This document shows positions 27,776 through 42,100 of a stretch of DNA of 64,000 nucleotides, one piece after another. The stretch spans positions 6,944,001-7,008,000 of the forward strand of contig JBHGNT010000008.1 of the NCBI GenBank assembly GCA_043228905.1, given 5' to 3'. Each line of letters opens with the position of its first letter. Position 1 is the stretch's first letter. The notes beneath the pieces are model-generated. The model made no database searches. It worked only from the letters and a program-made list of their open reading frames with translations, and was not told where the DNA came from. Position numbers and translations under genes: made by a program. The stretch is from Azolla caroliniana (taxonomy: Eukaryota > Plantae > Polypodiophyta).

Positions 27776-28611
27776 TTTACATATAGGTAAAACACCAAAC
27801 ACCCCCCCCCCCCCCGAAAAGAAATTTTAAAAATAAAAACTCAATTTTAATTATTTTTTATTTTATTTAATTATTTATTTTATTTTAATTAATTAAACAG
27901 AGGCACACGGAAAAGAAAGAAAGGGAAAGAAAATATTTAATTTAATTTAATTTAATAAAGAATTATGAATTTCGCGCTTCCCTTATTAATTAATATCCTC
28001 CCCCCATCTCTCTCTCCTGTTTTTTTATTTATTTTTTAATTTAATTTCTAGTTCTTTTTTTCTCAATTTCTAATTCTTTATTTCCATTTGTTTTAGGCTG
28101 TATTTTTTGCTTTTCCTATTTTTAAATTCTTTTTTTTTCCTGAACCATCATTTTCTTTTCTTATTATTTTTATTTAATTAATATTCATTCCAAAACGCGT
28201 GCAAATATTTAATACCCTCGCCCCCCCACTCCCTTATTTCTTTATTTTATTTATTTATTTATTTATTTTGCTCGTTTTTTATTTATTCGCCTGCTTCTTC
28301 TTTTTTGTTCGTTATTTATATTTATTTGCTTTTTTTTTCCCTTCTTCTTTTTATTACATACTTCGTTTCTTTTGTTTATTTTGTTTGTTAAAATTCTTTT
28401 GCTAGATTTTCGAGAGTGTTTTCCGCTTTAACGATTTTGTGCCTAACTCTCTCTTTACATTTCCTCTCTCTACTAAATTCAGCTCCCAATTTCCTCTCTC
28501 TAAAAGTTTGTTTTATTTTTTCTATATTTCTTAAAAACTCTAACTTCTATCCCACCCACCTCTTCAAGACATTATCCTCCCCAACACCTTCACATGATGT
28601 AGCACACACAC

Positions 28612-28613
28612 AC

Positions 28614-28650
<37 letters not shown>

Positions 28651-28727
28651 ATGTATAATTTATAATGTATATGTATATGTATATGTATAATTTATAATGT
28701 ATATGTATATGTATATGTATAATGTAT

Positions 28728-28765
<38 letters not shown>

Positions 28766-28785
28766 ATGTATATGTATATATAGAT
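28612..28785. repeat. (ATGTAT)n-type microsatellite
   Basis: Direct reading. Confidence 0.95.
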
Positions 28786-31700
28786 ATAGGCATCATATGT
28801 TTGTATATGTGTCATAATGAGTAGAGGTCCCCTTGTGTGAAGCTGATCATAAGAGAAGTGAGTGGTCTGCTTGCTACATTTGGCCGCAAGATTGGCGCCC
28901 GCCCGAACATCTCCCTTGCCAACCTGCTCAACAAATGTTTCAGGTCTTCATTGACATGCCATTGCCTTCCAGACAGGCTTCCTTACAGGTCAACCCGCTA
29001 ACATGAATGTCTCTAGATGGTATATATTATATTAGATGTCTGACATATCTTAGAGCTCCATGACTTTGGTTAGCCATCCAAGTGGATTATATCTCTCTTC
29101 CCCACACGATTCCCGAGGTTTTAATTGTGGAATCGATTCGAAATGCATATGTATATATTCGTCCTCCCACCTGGTTGTGTCGAGATTTTAGTGTTGAATG
29201 GACTCGGAATGCAACTAGTCATCCTCCCTCCCACCCGATTATCGGGGGTCTTCCTTGTGTTTGAACTTATTTAAAAAAGCAAAATGGGGCCAAACGATTC
29301 AAAACAAATAAATCCTAGAAACATGCAACATGAAACCAAGGACTGCCTTGAAATTGACAACAATTGCGTTCTTCCAAACAAGCCATTCACTATGACCTAT
29401 TAATTTACACATTAAAACTCTACACATCAATAACCATAATGTGCATCGATATCAAGATTATCAGTCCCTCGCCACTTGATCATTCAAGCTCTCTAACTTG
29501 GATCTTGCATACTTTGTGAATGGTATCAATATACATTGTTTCAATTTGTAGCATTGGCACACACATGAGGTTTATGCTTACAATGCTCCATTGGGCATTT
29601 TTTACTTCTATTGCTTTACACTACTTCAAACCAACCAATCTGGGATATTTTATTCTTCAACTATTTGGTTCCCAAGGCTTGCGGTTTGAATTTCTCTTGA
29701 AGCACTCCGCTCGTGATTTGATAAGAGTAGTAATCAAACACACGCATGTGTATCATGTAATATCCCCCTTGCCAAAATAAGAAAAATGCATTACATTCAA
29801 AAGAATCGTTGGAAAGCATTGCCTATGTGCACTACATCAAAGGCTTCAAACCTCCCCTCAGATTTACCTCAGTGAATTTCTATGTAATTTGTGGGAGAGC
29901 TCAGTATTGACTGTTTGGGGTTCCAAGTGTCAAGCAACACTAAAAAGTTGTTCATAGTTTTAGCTTAAGATCATGCACACTAATAATTTGCATCCTAGAA
30001 AATGGGTTTATAACTTTCGTAATTACACATTTCCCCAATATAAAGGTTGAAGCATTGCTTGACATTGTATAAAGATCTTCACATTCTTAGTTTGAGATCA
30101 TGCACAGTGTACAAGCCTGACAAATTAGCTCCTAAAAAATTGGCTTTACAACTTCGACATCGACGCATTTTCCACACACACAAACAGTGAAAGAGATAGT
30201 AAAAAGGGAGTGCCAAGGGACACTCCCCCCAAACAATCATCATTTTCATGTTTCCTCTGTGACATTGTGCCCCAAGCTAAACTAGTTGCCTAAAATATCG
30301 TGAAATATTCTTTAATGGACATTGATTCAAATAGTAGTAGTAGTAGTAGTAATAATAGTCGTAGATACCTCAATTCACTTGTCTAGATATTTATTCGCAT
30401 CGCCATGCCCCTCTGTCGCTTGCTCGCCCGATCCGATTGGAATGATATAAATCTTTGGAGGGATGTGTGGCCCCTAATTTGTTAGTAACCAAGTGCTGTA
30501 ATGAATGAACAAGAAGAATTCAAAAGATCTTTATGTTGTCGGTACTACTAATGTAAAATCGAGCTATAAATGTGTTGTGTGTGACCGTGGAGGCGTTCCA
30601 TGTTGCCGACTTCTGCGTAGTGTTTTGAATGCCATTATCATGCTAAATGATGTTATCGAGTTGACTCTAGTTACGAAAAATAGTTACATATTTGATATAG
30701 ATTGCCTAGAAAAATAAGTTCGGCTTTGTCCAGAAACACAATTTCATGCTTAACTATGAAGTCCATGGTAGTTTTTTTTTTGTAACACAGTCAAAGGCTT
30801 ATTTTACGAATACAAGTTACGAATGTAGACTGTGAAAAAAGTTCGGCCAAAACCACTTACTTCTTGATCCTCTTTTCGCACATTGACGCGTGCCAGTTGA
30901 ATTGGACTTAATGTAGTTTGATGTTGCCTTTTGGACTCAACTTGTCAGATATACTCTCTTTCTTAAAGCTTAGACTCACTTTTCATTTAAATTTTAGTAT
31001 CTTTTCCATGACAAAAAAGTTCGGCTAGTCACTCGACTATTAGACACCAAATCTAATGATGGATGAAATTACATCGATTCTTTTGGCACTCCTTGAGTCG
31101 TTATTGTGCCCTACATTTTCAATCTTGCTCTCACTTATCTTTCATCATATTTTTATAATCTCTCTCATATCTCCTTACATTGACCTCCTTGTATCGCATG
31201 GAAAGCAAGTAAAAAAGATCAAAAGATACATAGAAACAAAACATGGAGTTCTAGATTGATGCAAGATATGAAGAATGGTTTGGAAGATTGGATGCATTAA
31301 GTTAGCTTCATGATGCCACAATCGATGTCAATGAGTGTTTTTTGTGTGTGTGTGACGAGAATGTATTGTGGCTCCAGAGAGATATGTTGGCCAATGCTAC
31401 ACACATGATATGACATATGTTGTGCCAAACCACAAAATCATATTTTTTGTCACAATCATCTGCACATGTTAGAGCCCATTCCCTTGTACATTTTCAACAC
31501 CATTGCTTTGGGTACATTCTTGTTGATCTAGTAGTGCATTGCGTACATGCGAGGAGACCCTATTTTGCCTCTAAAAGTTCGTAATTGCCCCACTTTCGAT
31601 TATTTTCGAGTTTTCCTTCTTCCATTTTTTAAAATTGGCACTCGTACATGTATTTCTTTGTTAGTCACAATACATACTCTTGATTTCAATGTGCATTAGT

Positions 31701-32847
31701 AAAATTATTGAATAACAAGCTCCACACACAATGCGCGATTTTGTTTCATTTCAATCCAATAGGTCATATTTGATCTCTAGGGATGATCATAGATTTTATC
31801 TTAGTGAAAATACACAAATACGTGTGGCTACACCTTGTACGTCGGCAAATGAGACTCTCTTTGTGACATTCTTTTTTGGATTCAATAGGCTTCTAGCATT
31901 AAAAGGACCTTACATTATCATAATTATCGTTATATTTGTTTGTAGAAGTAAAATTATTGACCACAAAGAGATTCCAAGTTCAATCCTCGACATGGGCTCG
32001 ACTCTACCATTTATATCATATTTGGTCACTTACTTGTATTATTAACAACCATGTCCAAAACGTTGGAGTATCATACAGTTCTCACCTTACTTGATGCACT
32101 ACATCATTCAATACTCCCACATCAATATACACACAACACATCATTTAGTATGGGTGTTACTCCACATGGAATCTCTCTGAGGATATATCTAGTTTTTAAA
32201 GCTATAAGATTTAAGCCACACAAAGTGGGGATTTTAAGACGAGTGTGGAAAATGTCTCAATATAAAATTGGTTGAAGAAAACTTTGCAAACAAGGAACTC
32301 TATAGATAGGCATGATCATTGATAGCACATGAATTTATAAATAGGGAATGTACAAAGGGCTTTAATAGAAGGAATCTAATGTCCTAGTGAGGGAGTTGGA
32401 GTCTATACAATGATAGGGTCATACCTAATGTCATGAACTTGCTATTCGTTACGAATGTGGGTTTGACGATTGAGGTAAAACAATTGTACTACAGATTGCT
32501 TGACTCGCATAAAGAAATACTTCCTACTCGCTTCTCCAGACTCCAACTAACACTATAAGAGGTAAACTCGTGGTTTACACTATGTATTGGTTCATCATGT
32601 GTTTCCCCGCAACTATAAATGGCGACTATATAGCCATATAAGGCTTAAGCGCGTCTTCATACATAGAAACACATTGCTAGAATGTTTGAGCACCCAAAAT
32701 GGTGATGGGGGGTATTAATGATATTTAGACGGAGGGAATCTTGTGGTGGGGGTATTTATGATATATAGAGAGGGAGTTACTCTATCCATAGAGTGCATGG
32801 CAAGTTGTATAGACTAGAAGAATACAAACCTCTTTAAAAGGAGGATA

Positions 32848-32887
<40 letters not shown>

Positions 32888-33429
32888 AGTTTTCAAGGCC
32901 GAAATATGTCTTCAAACCGGTTAACGACAATTGTCGTGCAAAAAAAAGTTATTTACTTTTTATGGGGTTGTTTGAAATGATGCCATCGTTGTGGCTCTTG
33001 TAAAATAAATGAAACGATTAATAGATATCTTAAATATGTCACATGATTGGCCACATATCTAAGGCCTCCTAAAATATCCACGACTTCATATAACAACAAT
33101 GTTCCTAGACATAACGATTGAAAGCCCACCAGTGAAGAATCGTTGATATGTGAGGATGCAAGTATTATGTGGTCGTCCAACCTTTCTATATGATGCACAC
33201 ATGAATCGTGCCAAGTTAAAAATATATATATGTTTATGCGCCACTCGTCTAAATGCATTCTTTTGACTCTAATGCAAAAGAATGGATATGTATGCATATA
33301 ATTTTCATGTGATAATATAAATCGTGACATGTAAAAAACATTCACGGTGATACTGAATATAATGTAAGGAAAATATGTCCAATATATTTGACTCACAATA
33401 GCACCAACGACACCAAAAATGACTAAATT

Positions 33430-33640
33430 TGAATGGCAAATATGACCTATGGCACCAAAATCAAAACATTTTTACATAGTACATATGAATTTGAGTGGTG
33501 ACTCTCAATGCTTAAGAATTTTACTAACAAACGTTGTAGTTGAAGGTGCATATTGATGTCCTGGGAGAAATGTGTGTAGGGGAGTGGGCCAGATTGACTA
33601 TGTGTGGGAAGCAAAGTTAAATGTGATTGAATGTAGTGCA
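33430..33640 (-). mobile_element. Old 3' fragment of the same RTE-like LINE family
   Basis: CAAATATGACCTATG, GAGTGGTGACTCTC and AATGTGTGTAGGGGAGTGG are shared with the 15335-15900 and 38185-38710 copies. Confidence 0.55.
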
Positions 33641-36149
33641 TAAAGTTGTAAAACCATCAAGAGACAAAGTTTAAGTGCTCGAGTTGCAAAATAATCACAA
33701 TTTGCATCAATTTAAATATATTGTCATTTAATTTACAACTATTTTTTTGTTCATTCAAGTATAGAGGGTATAATAATCGACAGACATCCTCTACTAAACT
33801 CAAAGATGACATTCAATTCATTTATAAATCATCTTAGGGTAATTGGGGAATTGTTATGTTGCAATGGAAGTACTTAAGCCTATTTATTGTATTGCTTTTC
33901 TAAGAAGGTGCCACCTCTTGAATCATCACATCACTATGCATCACTCTCTTCATGTATTGGATGTTCATGATATATACATTTTCACAGTATGTGTTTGCTT
34001 TTGGTTTCTACAGAATTTCCACTTCCCTAGAAGTTCCAATGTCTCGAAGGAAATGCACATGTTCACTCAATCACATCAGCCTCATGGACCCTAAGTTCCA
34101 ACCTCCCAACATAAAGCATGGTTGCTTAAAAAGAATGTCCCCCATAAAGGAAATATATAGATCGTTCTTCTTGTAATTGCTAAAGCACTCGAAACTTAAT
34201 GCATTCATCCTCGTGTAAAACTGTAAGTGACGAGTGCACTCCCCTATCATTATTCTATATTCATATACCCATACAAGATTCAATCATGCTTGTCTTCCTT
34301 TCGGATATGATATTTTAGAAGCCCTTAAAACACTCGAGTCAATAAGTAATAGGAAACATAACACAGGCTCGTATGCCAAAGGAGAGTTAACAAATGTTTA
34401 TAAAAGTGACAAAATACAGACGCAGAACATGTAATGTATGGGAAGGGACAACAAAAAGTCCCCATGCAAAAGCAATATGTTGAGCACAGGGAAAAAATGA
34501 TTTAATTATGTAATAGGTACCTTGGGAACTTTTAAGCTTGAGGCGGCTCCTGAGCACCAACTTCCAATTAGTATAATTGGCAAAGCTGCCACCTTTACCG
34601 TTTTTCGATAGAAAATATATGACAACATTTGATGCCACTTATAAAAGGTGTATATATGTGTCGGGTTATCACTTATAAGACATGGGCAAAATGCAAGTTT
34701 CGATACAAATGTCAACAACCCGATTTAGGCCAAGTCACTTCTATTCGTAACGTAGTAAGGTGCTGTGATTTTCTACAATATCTCAAGTGTTCTCCAATCA
34801 CAATTCAGTTGATAATTGGATTTCTCCACCTTGTTACCTGACAATGTTAACTTTATCTTGAAAGCAACGACAAAAAAACTTTTAAAAGTCTCGTATTAAT
34901 AAATAACAATTGTCATACTCAAGACTTCTAATAAATATTTTAAGGTTTCGGTAAACCCTTTGGAAAAGTTAGCATGGATCATTGTCCTTAAAAAAATGTA
35001 AGTAAAGTTATTGTGTTATGATAGTTGGTTTGTGACATTTTCGCTAGAATTGAACTTGTGGAATATTGTCACAATTACGCTTATCCACTCCTAACGGACA
35101 TACCTATAACCAATCACATGTTTATGTATGGAATGTGACTTCAACATCAAATTTTCATAAAAATATTCAATATGATTGTATTTAGTAGAGTACTAGTATA
35201 TGTTTTCTTCCTTGGCCTATAATGTATCCAATAAGTGTACCACATGTCTTAGGTGTGATGAAACTAAGTTAGAGGAGTGAAACCAAGTATATGGATTGAT
35301 TAATGCATGGCTCCCCATGAGCTACAACCATGAATACATGGCCAATTTTATATATTTTTTTATGTTTTATCACACACAGAAGAGAAGATGACCATGAGGC
35401 AATACACTAATATATTGTTGGGAACTTCGTCTATGGCCAAACATGATAATGCAATGGGAACATGAGACAAGGATGAAGGTAGAGCCTCCTTGTCAAAGGA
35501 GGTGTGAGAGTTTAAACTTAATGTATAAATACTCATTTGTTAGTAATAATTTTCAAGACTTGTATTTGCTTTGTTTTGTATGGTGTTCTTCTCTTTTAGT
35601 CATGTTGCATTATTAAAGTTTTCAAAGTAAGATTCATTCTCATGTGCCTTCTATCACAAACCATATTGTCACCGTCTTTCTCTATCGCTTGGATGAAGCC
35701 TACATTTCATAGATTAGTGGGTGCAAAGACATAAGAAAGCTCGCTAGATCAAGTTCACTAAATTTACTTCATAAGAATATTATCTATCATTGTCCTTTGA
35801 TTCTCAATAAATCTTATCATTGTAATAATTGATCCTTCTAATCCAATTATTATGTGGTCTTGTGGACATACTAGGTGATTCTAGTCTCGTTAGCACAAAT
35901 GGCATAAACTAGCACTTACCAAGGCTTCACCTTGAGACATATTGTATTGATTGAGTATCTCAACCACTTTTAGACCCATTTCCATACCCCTTATGACCAT
36001 AATATTTGCATGTACACTCATCAAAGCTACCTCGACCTCAACATATAGACCTCCTAGGCAACCCATTATCTCCATTAAACACTTACGTAGGTGCAATAAT
36101 GCTTGATCCTATGGTTGTGTTGGGCATATCTCATTTGGGTGACTTGACT

Positions 36150-36671
36150 AGTGTGTTCGAAATCCCAAATTGAATCTCTAAATTGTTTATGTTGTTGTGA
36201 AGATTTTCGGCTACGGTGTGAAACTGGGATGGAATGGGCAAGTCGGTGGTGTGCAACATGTGCACATGTTTACTAGGAAATGGTGTATAGAAATAAGAGG
36301 GGAAATTTTATCCTACATTGTAACGTCTCTCCCTCCTTGAGCTATAAAAGGAAGGGAGGGGTCCTTTTTGAAGGGTTGCCCATTTTGAGTCGTAAGGGTA
36401 TACCATTTTGTTAAGAATTTCTAGGGTTAGTAACTGTCTTGTGGTCTTCTTCTTCTTCTCCTTCTTGAGAAGCTAGGCGCAGTAGCCATGGCGGCAAAGC
36501 TCTGTTAGGGTTAACGTCTTTTCTTCTGAGCGTAACCCGGCTCGAAGCTGGGGTTGTATCTTTTCCTTTGTAATATATACGCTTGTATCTGTTTGTGCAT
36601 GTTGGTGTATCCGGTGGTGTCGGGATCATAGCCCTTCGTTCCCTGTGCATAAGAGTCGGTGTCGTGCGCAT

Positions 36672-36708
<37 letters not shown>

Positions 36709-36830
36709 CGGTCGCCTCCGGGTCGTGTCCGGAGTCGGTTTTCTTGGCATCCCTTTTTCCCTCGTCTGAGACCCCCCTGGTCCCGGCCCTTTCTACACGC
36801 ACGCGCATAATAACGCGACAACGTGTCACG
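36150..36830 (+). mobile_element. LTR-like segment
   Basis: CTATAAAAGGAAGGGAGG TATA context, CTAGGGTT motifs, TTGTAATA and (CT)n; GC/CpG-richer than its flanks. No convincing TSD. Confidence 0.45.
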
Positions 36831-37034
36831 AATGTTGAGGAGAGAATGATTGATAGGTTGTATATCTCCACACCCATCGTTTTGGCCATAAACTTGTGGT
36901 TTCTCACTAATCCCCTAATATGTTCCATGGATACCATCGTCATTTTGAAGAGCATCATTGAATATGGGATGATTCATTGACCCACATGAATATGATCTGT
37001 AGTTTCTCAATGTTGTTCCAAATGTCTTTCACAT

Positions 37035-38160
37035 ATAAAATTTACCTTATGCTCTTTTTTGCACATGCTACAAATTTCTTCAACCATTTTTTTGGAATAA
37101 GAGGGGTATTCATACATTGAAGCACAAAGTCTCTATGTGCGAATAAAGCATACACATATGAGCTCAACCTTATAGGTGGTGTCTTAAGTATGACACTTGA
37201 GTTATCACTCCCACTTAGTATGTTAGCATATCTTGAATGAATTGCACTATATGTCGAACATGTGAAGAGCAAGTGACATTCATCCGCTACTATGCCAAAT
37301 TCGTAACATTTTGATACCATGATGCAACTTCAATACCTAACTTGTGACATCGAGTGAGAAGTAGTGTAAGGGCTCTACGAGCATTACTACTCATATTGGT
37401 AATGAGATAAGGTTGGATACAATCAATAGGCATTCTTGCTTTATATTGAGACCAACATTCAGGGTTAACATTTGCAATGCAATATTCTAGCTTTGTCCTC
37501 TTAGCATCTTCCCACTTCATCCTCAATGATTCCACCAACCTTTCCTCAATCACTACATAATGCACATTGCATAACATTGCCCAAAAGCTCTAAAAGATTA
37601 TCCACACCCCATCTTCTAAACCATTTCCTTATGTCAACAACCCAAGAGGACGAGAGAATCTTACTTTTATGATTCTTTTGTAGCTTACATCCAACATTCC
37701 AATCAAGATGTGGTAATCGATGATTCGACATATTCTTGACTTTTGTAATGTATTTATATACTCTTCGGAGTGCCAATATTTATATGGGTCAAACACTTGT
37801 TTCCAAGAGCATAACTTGGTAAGAGGTAGTGCATTTAACTCCTGATTGCCTCCTTAAAAACATCTTTGGATTTTTCTCAATCTCATTCCATGCATTAAGA
37901 GAGATGGTGCCACTCCATACTTCTACTCCATAAAGCAATACTTGAGTTACCATGGCATTGAACAACATTAGTTTTACTTCCCATCCATAAGTATCACTAT
38001 GGTTGCATTGGTTCTCCAAAAGGTAATACGTTTTCCAATTGGCTTGGAGCCTAGAATCAAAGCATGCACTCCATTTATTTGTGGCGGGTACATCAATACC
38101 AAGATATTTAAAGCTTTGAAAAAATTATATATGTTCACCTCTATATGTGAGCATAGGGTA
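37035..38160 (-). mobile_element. Decayed 5'-truncated RTE-like LINE (RT C-terminus and zinc finger)
   Basis: Fragments LFNAMVTQVLLYGVEVW, RCHKLGIEVASW and DECHLLFTCSTYSAI are homologous to the C-terminal half of the LINE at 39-44 kb. Confidence 0.8.
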
Positions 38161-38184
38161 ATGATGAGGTTGGATGGTTTGCAG

Positions 38185-38710
38185 AGAGATAGATAGATTC
38201 TGTTATCGTCTTCAAAGGTCAAATATGACCTATGAGACCATTAATATTACATTTCACGTGATAAATGTGAAAGTGAGTAGCGACTCTCGATATTCAAGAA
38301 CTTTACCAATGAATGTTACAATGGAGAGTGCACACTGTGGTTGTGAGAGAAATTCGTGCAAGGATTGGGCTTGGTCGAAGATATGTGGAAAGCATGGTCG
38401 AATATGATCAAAGGTAGAGCATTGTATGAAAGTGTGATACTCAAACTCTAGAACTTGTTTAGGGCAAAGTGTACATAACCCACCACTCTCATCACTTGTG
38501 CCCCAACACCCTGTCTCACATCGCAATGCATGTCAGCTAAGTTGCATGGAAGCAATGGTTTGAATGGCAGATAACAAGATGGGCTCTAACATGTATCGAT
38601 GTGCACGGTTTCCCCGTTCTACAAAGAATATGGTTTTGTAGTTAGGTGCAACATGTGTAGTATAATGTGTGAAGCGTGAGCCTCCATGTTTGTCCCATGT
38701 CATGATATGT
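38185..38710 (-). mobile_element. RTE-like LINE 3' fragment with (TATC)n tail
   Basis: RCETGCWG..LCTLCPKQVLEFEYHTFIQCSTFDHIR zinc finger; ends AATCTATCTATCTCTCT on the minus strand. Confidence 0.8.
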
Positions 38711-38715
38711 ATGTA

Positions 38716-38755
<40 letters not shown>

Positions 38756-38763
<8 letters not shown>

Positions 38764-38873
38764 GTGCCCAGATGGATGTAGCTCAGTTGGTAAGGTTGCC
38801 CAATGGAGACCAGGTGGTCATGGGTTCAACCCCTACATTCCACAGTGGCATCTAGTGAAATAGAGAACACACA

Positions 38874-38929
<56 letters not shown>

Positions 38930-39033
38930 AGTGCCCAGATGGATGTAGCTCAGTTGGTAAGGTTGCCCAATGGAGACCAGGTGGTCATGGGTTCAACCCT
39001 TACATTCCACAGTGGCATCTAGTGAAATAGAGA
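38756..39033 (+). mobile_element. Two tandem copies (111 bp) of a tRNA-derived SINE-like head separated by (CA)n(GA)n
   Basis: A box TAGCTCAGTTGG, B box GGTTCAACCC, complementary ends GGATGTAG/CTACATTCC. Copies at 38756-38866 and 38923-39033 differ at one position. Confidence 0.8.
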
Positions 39034-39036
39034 GGT

Positions 39037-39108
39037 GAGAAAATTGGGTTTCGAACCCAAGACACAGTGCTTGTAGTGTTATCGACTTACCACTAGGGTA
39101 AGCTAATT
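39037..39108 (-). mobile_element. tRNA-like (Pol III A/B-box) head, downstream direct-repeat copy
   Basis: Minus strand: TTAGCTTACCCTAGTGGTAAG...GTCTTGGGTTCGAAACCC. Confidence 0.7.
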
Positions 39109-39111
39109 ATG

Positions 39112-42100
39112 ATAAAAGAAAGAAAGAAAGAAATATTAACGTCTTCTAAGGCCAAATTTGGCCCATGAGACAAATAGGTTACAACAAAAATGAGTGTTTA
39201 TCCAATCATCAAAACTAAAATAAAAGAAAATAGCTTAAGCTAAGAAAGTTCTAGTAGTGTACAAAACTTTGCACTAAGCCTAATCTCATTTCCACCCAAG
39301 TCTCTCAAAAAGAAGTGGGAGGTCAAAAGTTTTTGGTGTGGGTGTGACCCATGGTCCCGATGCATAGAGTGCCCTAGCCATGGCTTCTAGGCGGTGTAGT
39401 TCACGTTCCCTTATTTTCTTTATTGCTTCTACATCTCGTCGAGTTGCTTTGAAACCCGGCATCCGAGGGCGTTTGGTTCTTCTTTGATTTTCTGCTTCAT
39501 CAAGGAGAAGTCCGAGTGGTGCAGGTGTGTCGACATTCATTGTTTCCCCCTGTTCCTGAAAAACTTCATTTGTTATATGTTGGTAAACATTAGCAACATT
39601 ATTATCAACGTTTTGTAATTTATTCTCTCTGTGTTGTTTCAATTCTAAGATGTATCTACCTAATTTCTTTATATCTAGTGTATCTAATAGTTTAGGGAGG
39701 GTGGGAGAGGAACCAAGTATGTCTTGGTATTTTGCCCTTATCTCGGCATAGGTGGGGCATTTGCATGTAAAATGGTACTCATCCTCTATCTCTATGTGGC
39801 ATAACCTACATATCCTTTCCTCCCTAGGGACTCCATTAGTACGTCCATTCTCAATCTCAAGTTGGTGAGATGATATTCTAAGTTGACCAATGGCAACCCT
39901 TAGTGCATGTGGTAAGAATACATCTAGATATTTTGGGCGCGTGATAAAACCTAACTCAGAGAAGTGCATAAAGTGTTCCTTATAGTACGACATTTTAGAT
40001 GGGAGTGGCTTTAGTGGGGTGATCCATTTATACCGAGTATAAATTTGCCATATTTCTTGGCGTATTACTTTATTATAGTCCTCATGAGAGATTAAAGTGT
40101 TATCAGTCGTGTGGTCGTACTTAAGGGGGGGGGAGGTTAGTAATGTCTAGACCGTTGGCAAGAAGCCAACTCACCATCATGCCATACCATGAGCTAGTAT
40201 AGCCGGACTCATACAGTGCTCGAGAAGCCTTAAAGGCTTGGTGGGATATTCTATCAAGTGGTTGGTTATGTATCCAGTGTATAAAGACTACCAGTTGAAA
40301 AAGTGCTTCTACTAACATAGGGGGTAGAGTGAACTCAGCCCTAATAATGTCATGTGGGACTGACGATTTGCTTCGGAGTTGGTGTGATAACATCATCACC
40401 AATGGTCTCTCTAATTGCGTCCACATGAAAGATGGTAGTCCTGGGGCCCAAACCGCTGATGCATACATGAGAGAGGGAGTCACTAATGAGTCAAAGAGCC
40501 ACCCTTTAGTTCGTGGCTCTTGGAAGTATGCTTGGTGGCATTGTCTCTTGAGGAGTGAGAGGGATGCATGTCCTCTTGTAAGTCTATCCTTCGCTGCTTG
40601 TGTCATCGAAAATTTACCTGAGCGGGCACTGAAAGTGACTCCAAGATAGACATATGATCCAACCACCTCAACTGGGCTATGGGAGATAGTTAGGTGACAC
40701 TTAGCTCTAACTTGGGTCGACGTGTGGAAGATAAGAACTTTAGTTTTCCCTAGATTCACTACCAATCCTCGTTGTGTGCAAAAGTCATCTAAGGCATTAA
40801 GGTGCCTTTGTAGGTCGTGTTCGGATTCAGAGAGCAAAACTATGTCGTCTGCATAGAGCAAGATACGCACCTGCGTATCCCCAAGGACTACTCCATTGCC
40901 TCCCTTACAAGCAATAAAATCTGTGATCTCATCAATGTAGATCCCAAAAAGAGTCGGAGATAAGGGGCAACCTTGTTTTACACCAATAGTGCTAGTGAAA
41001 CTATCGGATATGCCGCCTAGGCATCGAACACACCCGGACACTTGTTCATATAGTGCGTAGATGGCCCAAACCATGTCATCTGGTATCCTCAAGCTCTTAA
41101 GCCTATCAAACAACCGCTTTCTAGGGACCGTGTCAAAGGCTTTGCGGAAGTCCACAAAACAACAATATAGTTTCTTCTTGCGAGCCTTAGTCTGGTCAAT
41201 TAAGCATCTAAGTGTGAAGATATGGTCAATAGTGGAGAAGGCTCGTCTAAAGTCAGCCTGTTCAGGTGCACGAAGATTTAAGGTCTCCATATACTCGCTA
41301 ATCTCTGCCTCCATTACTGCGCCATATAACTTAGCAAGGGTATGACCTATCATAATGGTCCTATAAGTATTTGGGTCCATGGGGTCCCCCCCCTTTATGT
41401 ATGGGGGCCACTGTGTTCATGGTCCATTGTGATGGAAAACCCTCTACGAGGGCACGATTGAAGATTAGAGTTAGCAAGGGAGCTAGGCACTCTCTCCGTA
41501 TATGATGTGTTCTGCTCGCAATCCTGTGTGGTCCATGGACTTCCTATGTTGTAATTTCTTTATGACCTTCGTGACCCTAGAGGTCGTGAAGAGTGTCCCC
41601 ACAGTAGGTCGGGGTGTAGAAGGCATTGGAATGGGTGGTTGGTTTGGGATGTGGTAAAGTCTCTCTGTATAAGTGTGCCAAGTTTCGGGATCTTTGATGG
41701 GTGTTTGTGGTTTTGGTTCCCGTAATCTCTTCCATGCAATGGCACAATCGCTACTCATGAGCATGTGGTAGAGTTCCCAATATTGGGATGCCTCCCATGC
41801 TCATCTCTTACGACGTGTCATCTTGCGCATTTCTTTACGAGCTCGTACTGAGGTAATACTACCATTGAGTTGCGATATTGTAAGTTGTCGATGTAAGCAC
41901 CTACAATCCTCATCATACCATCTATTTTGTGGCATAGATCCTACTTTACCTTGATTGGAGTGTTTCGTGTATGGGAAACTGCTAACTGCTGCAGAATGAA
42001 GGATGTGTGTGAGTTTCGTACTAAGGCTCTCTAAAGGTAGGGAGGGATCAAGGGAGGAGAGATGGGCTTGAACATGTCGAGCATATATGTCAGAGAGCTC

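Noticed and set aside
36411-36980. Cluster of overlapping ORFs
   Set aside because: (CT)n and GC-rich LTR-like sequence with no protein motif.
38774-38842. Functional tRNA gene
   Set aside because: A and B boxes and an acceptor-like stem are present, but there is no proper anticodon arm and no oligo-T terminator; treated as SINE-like.
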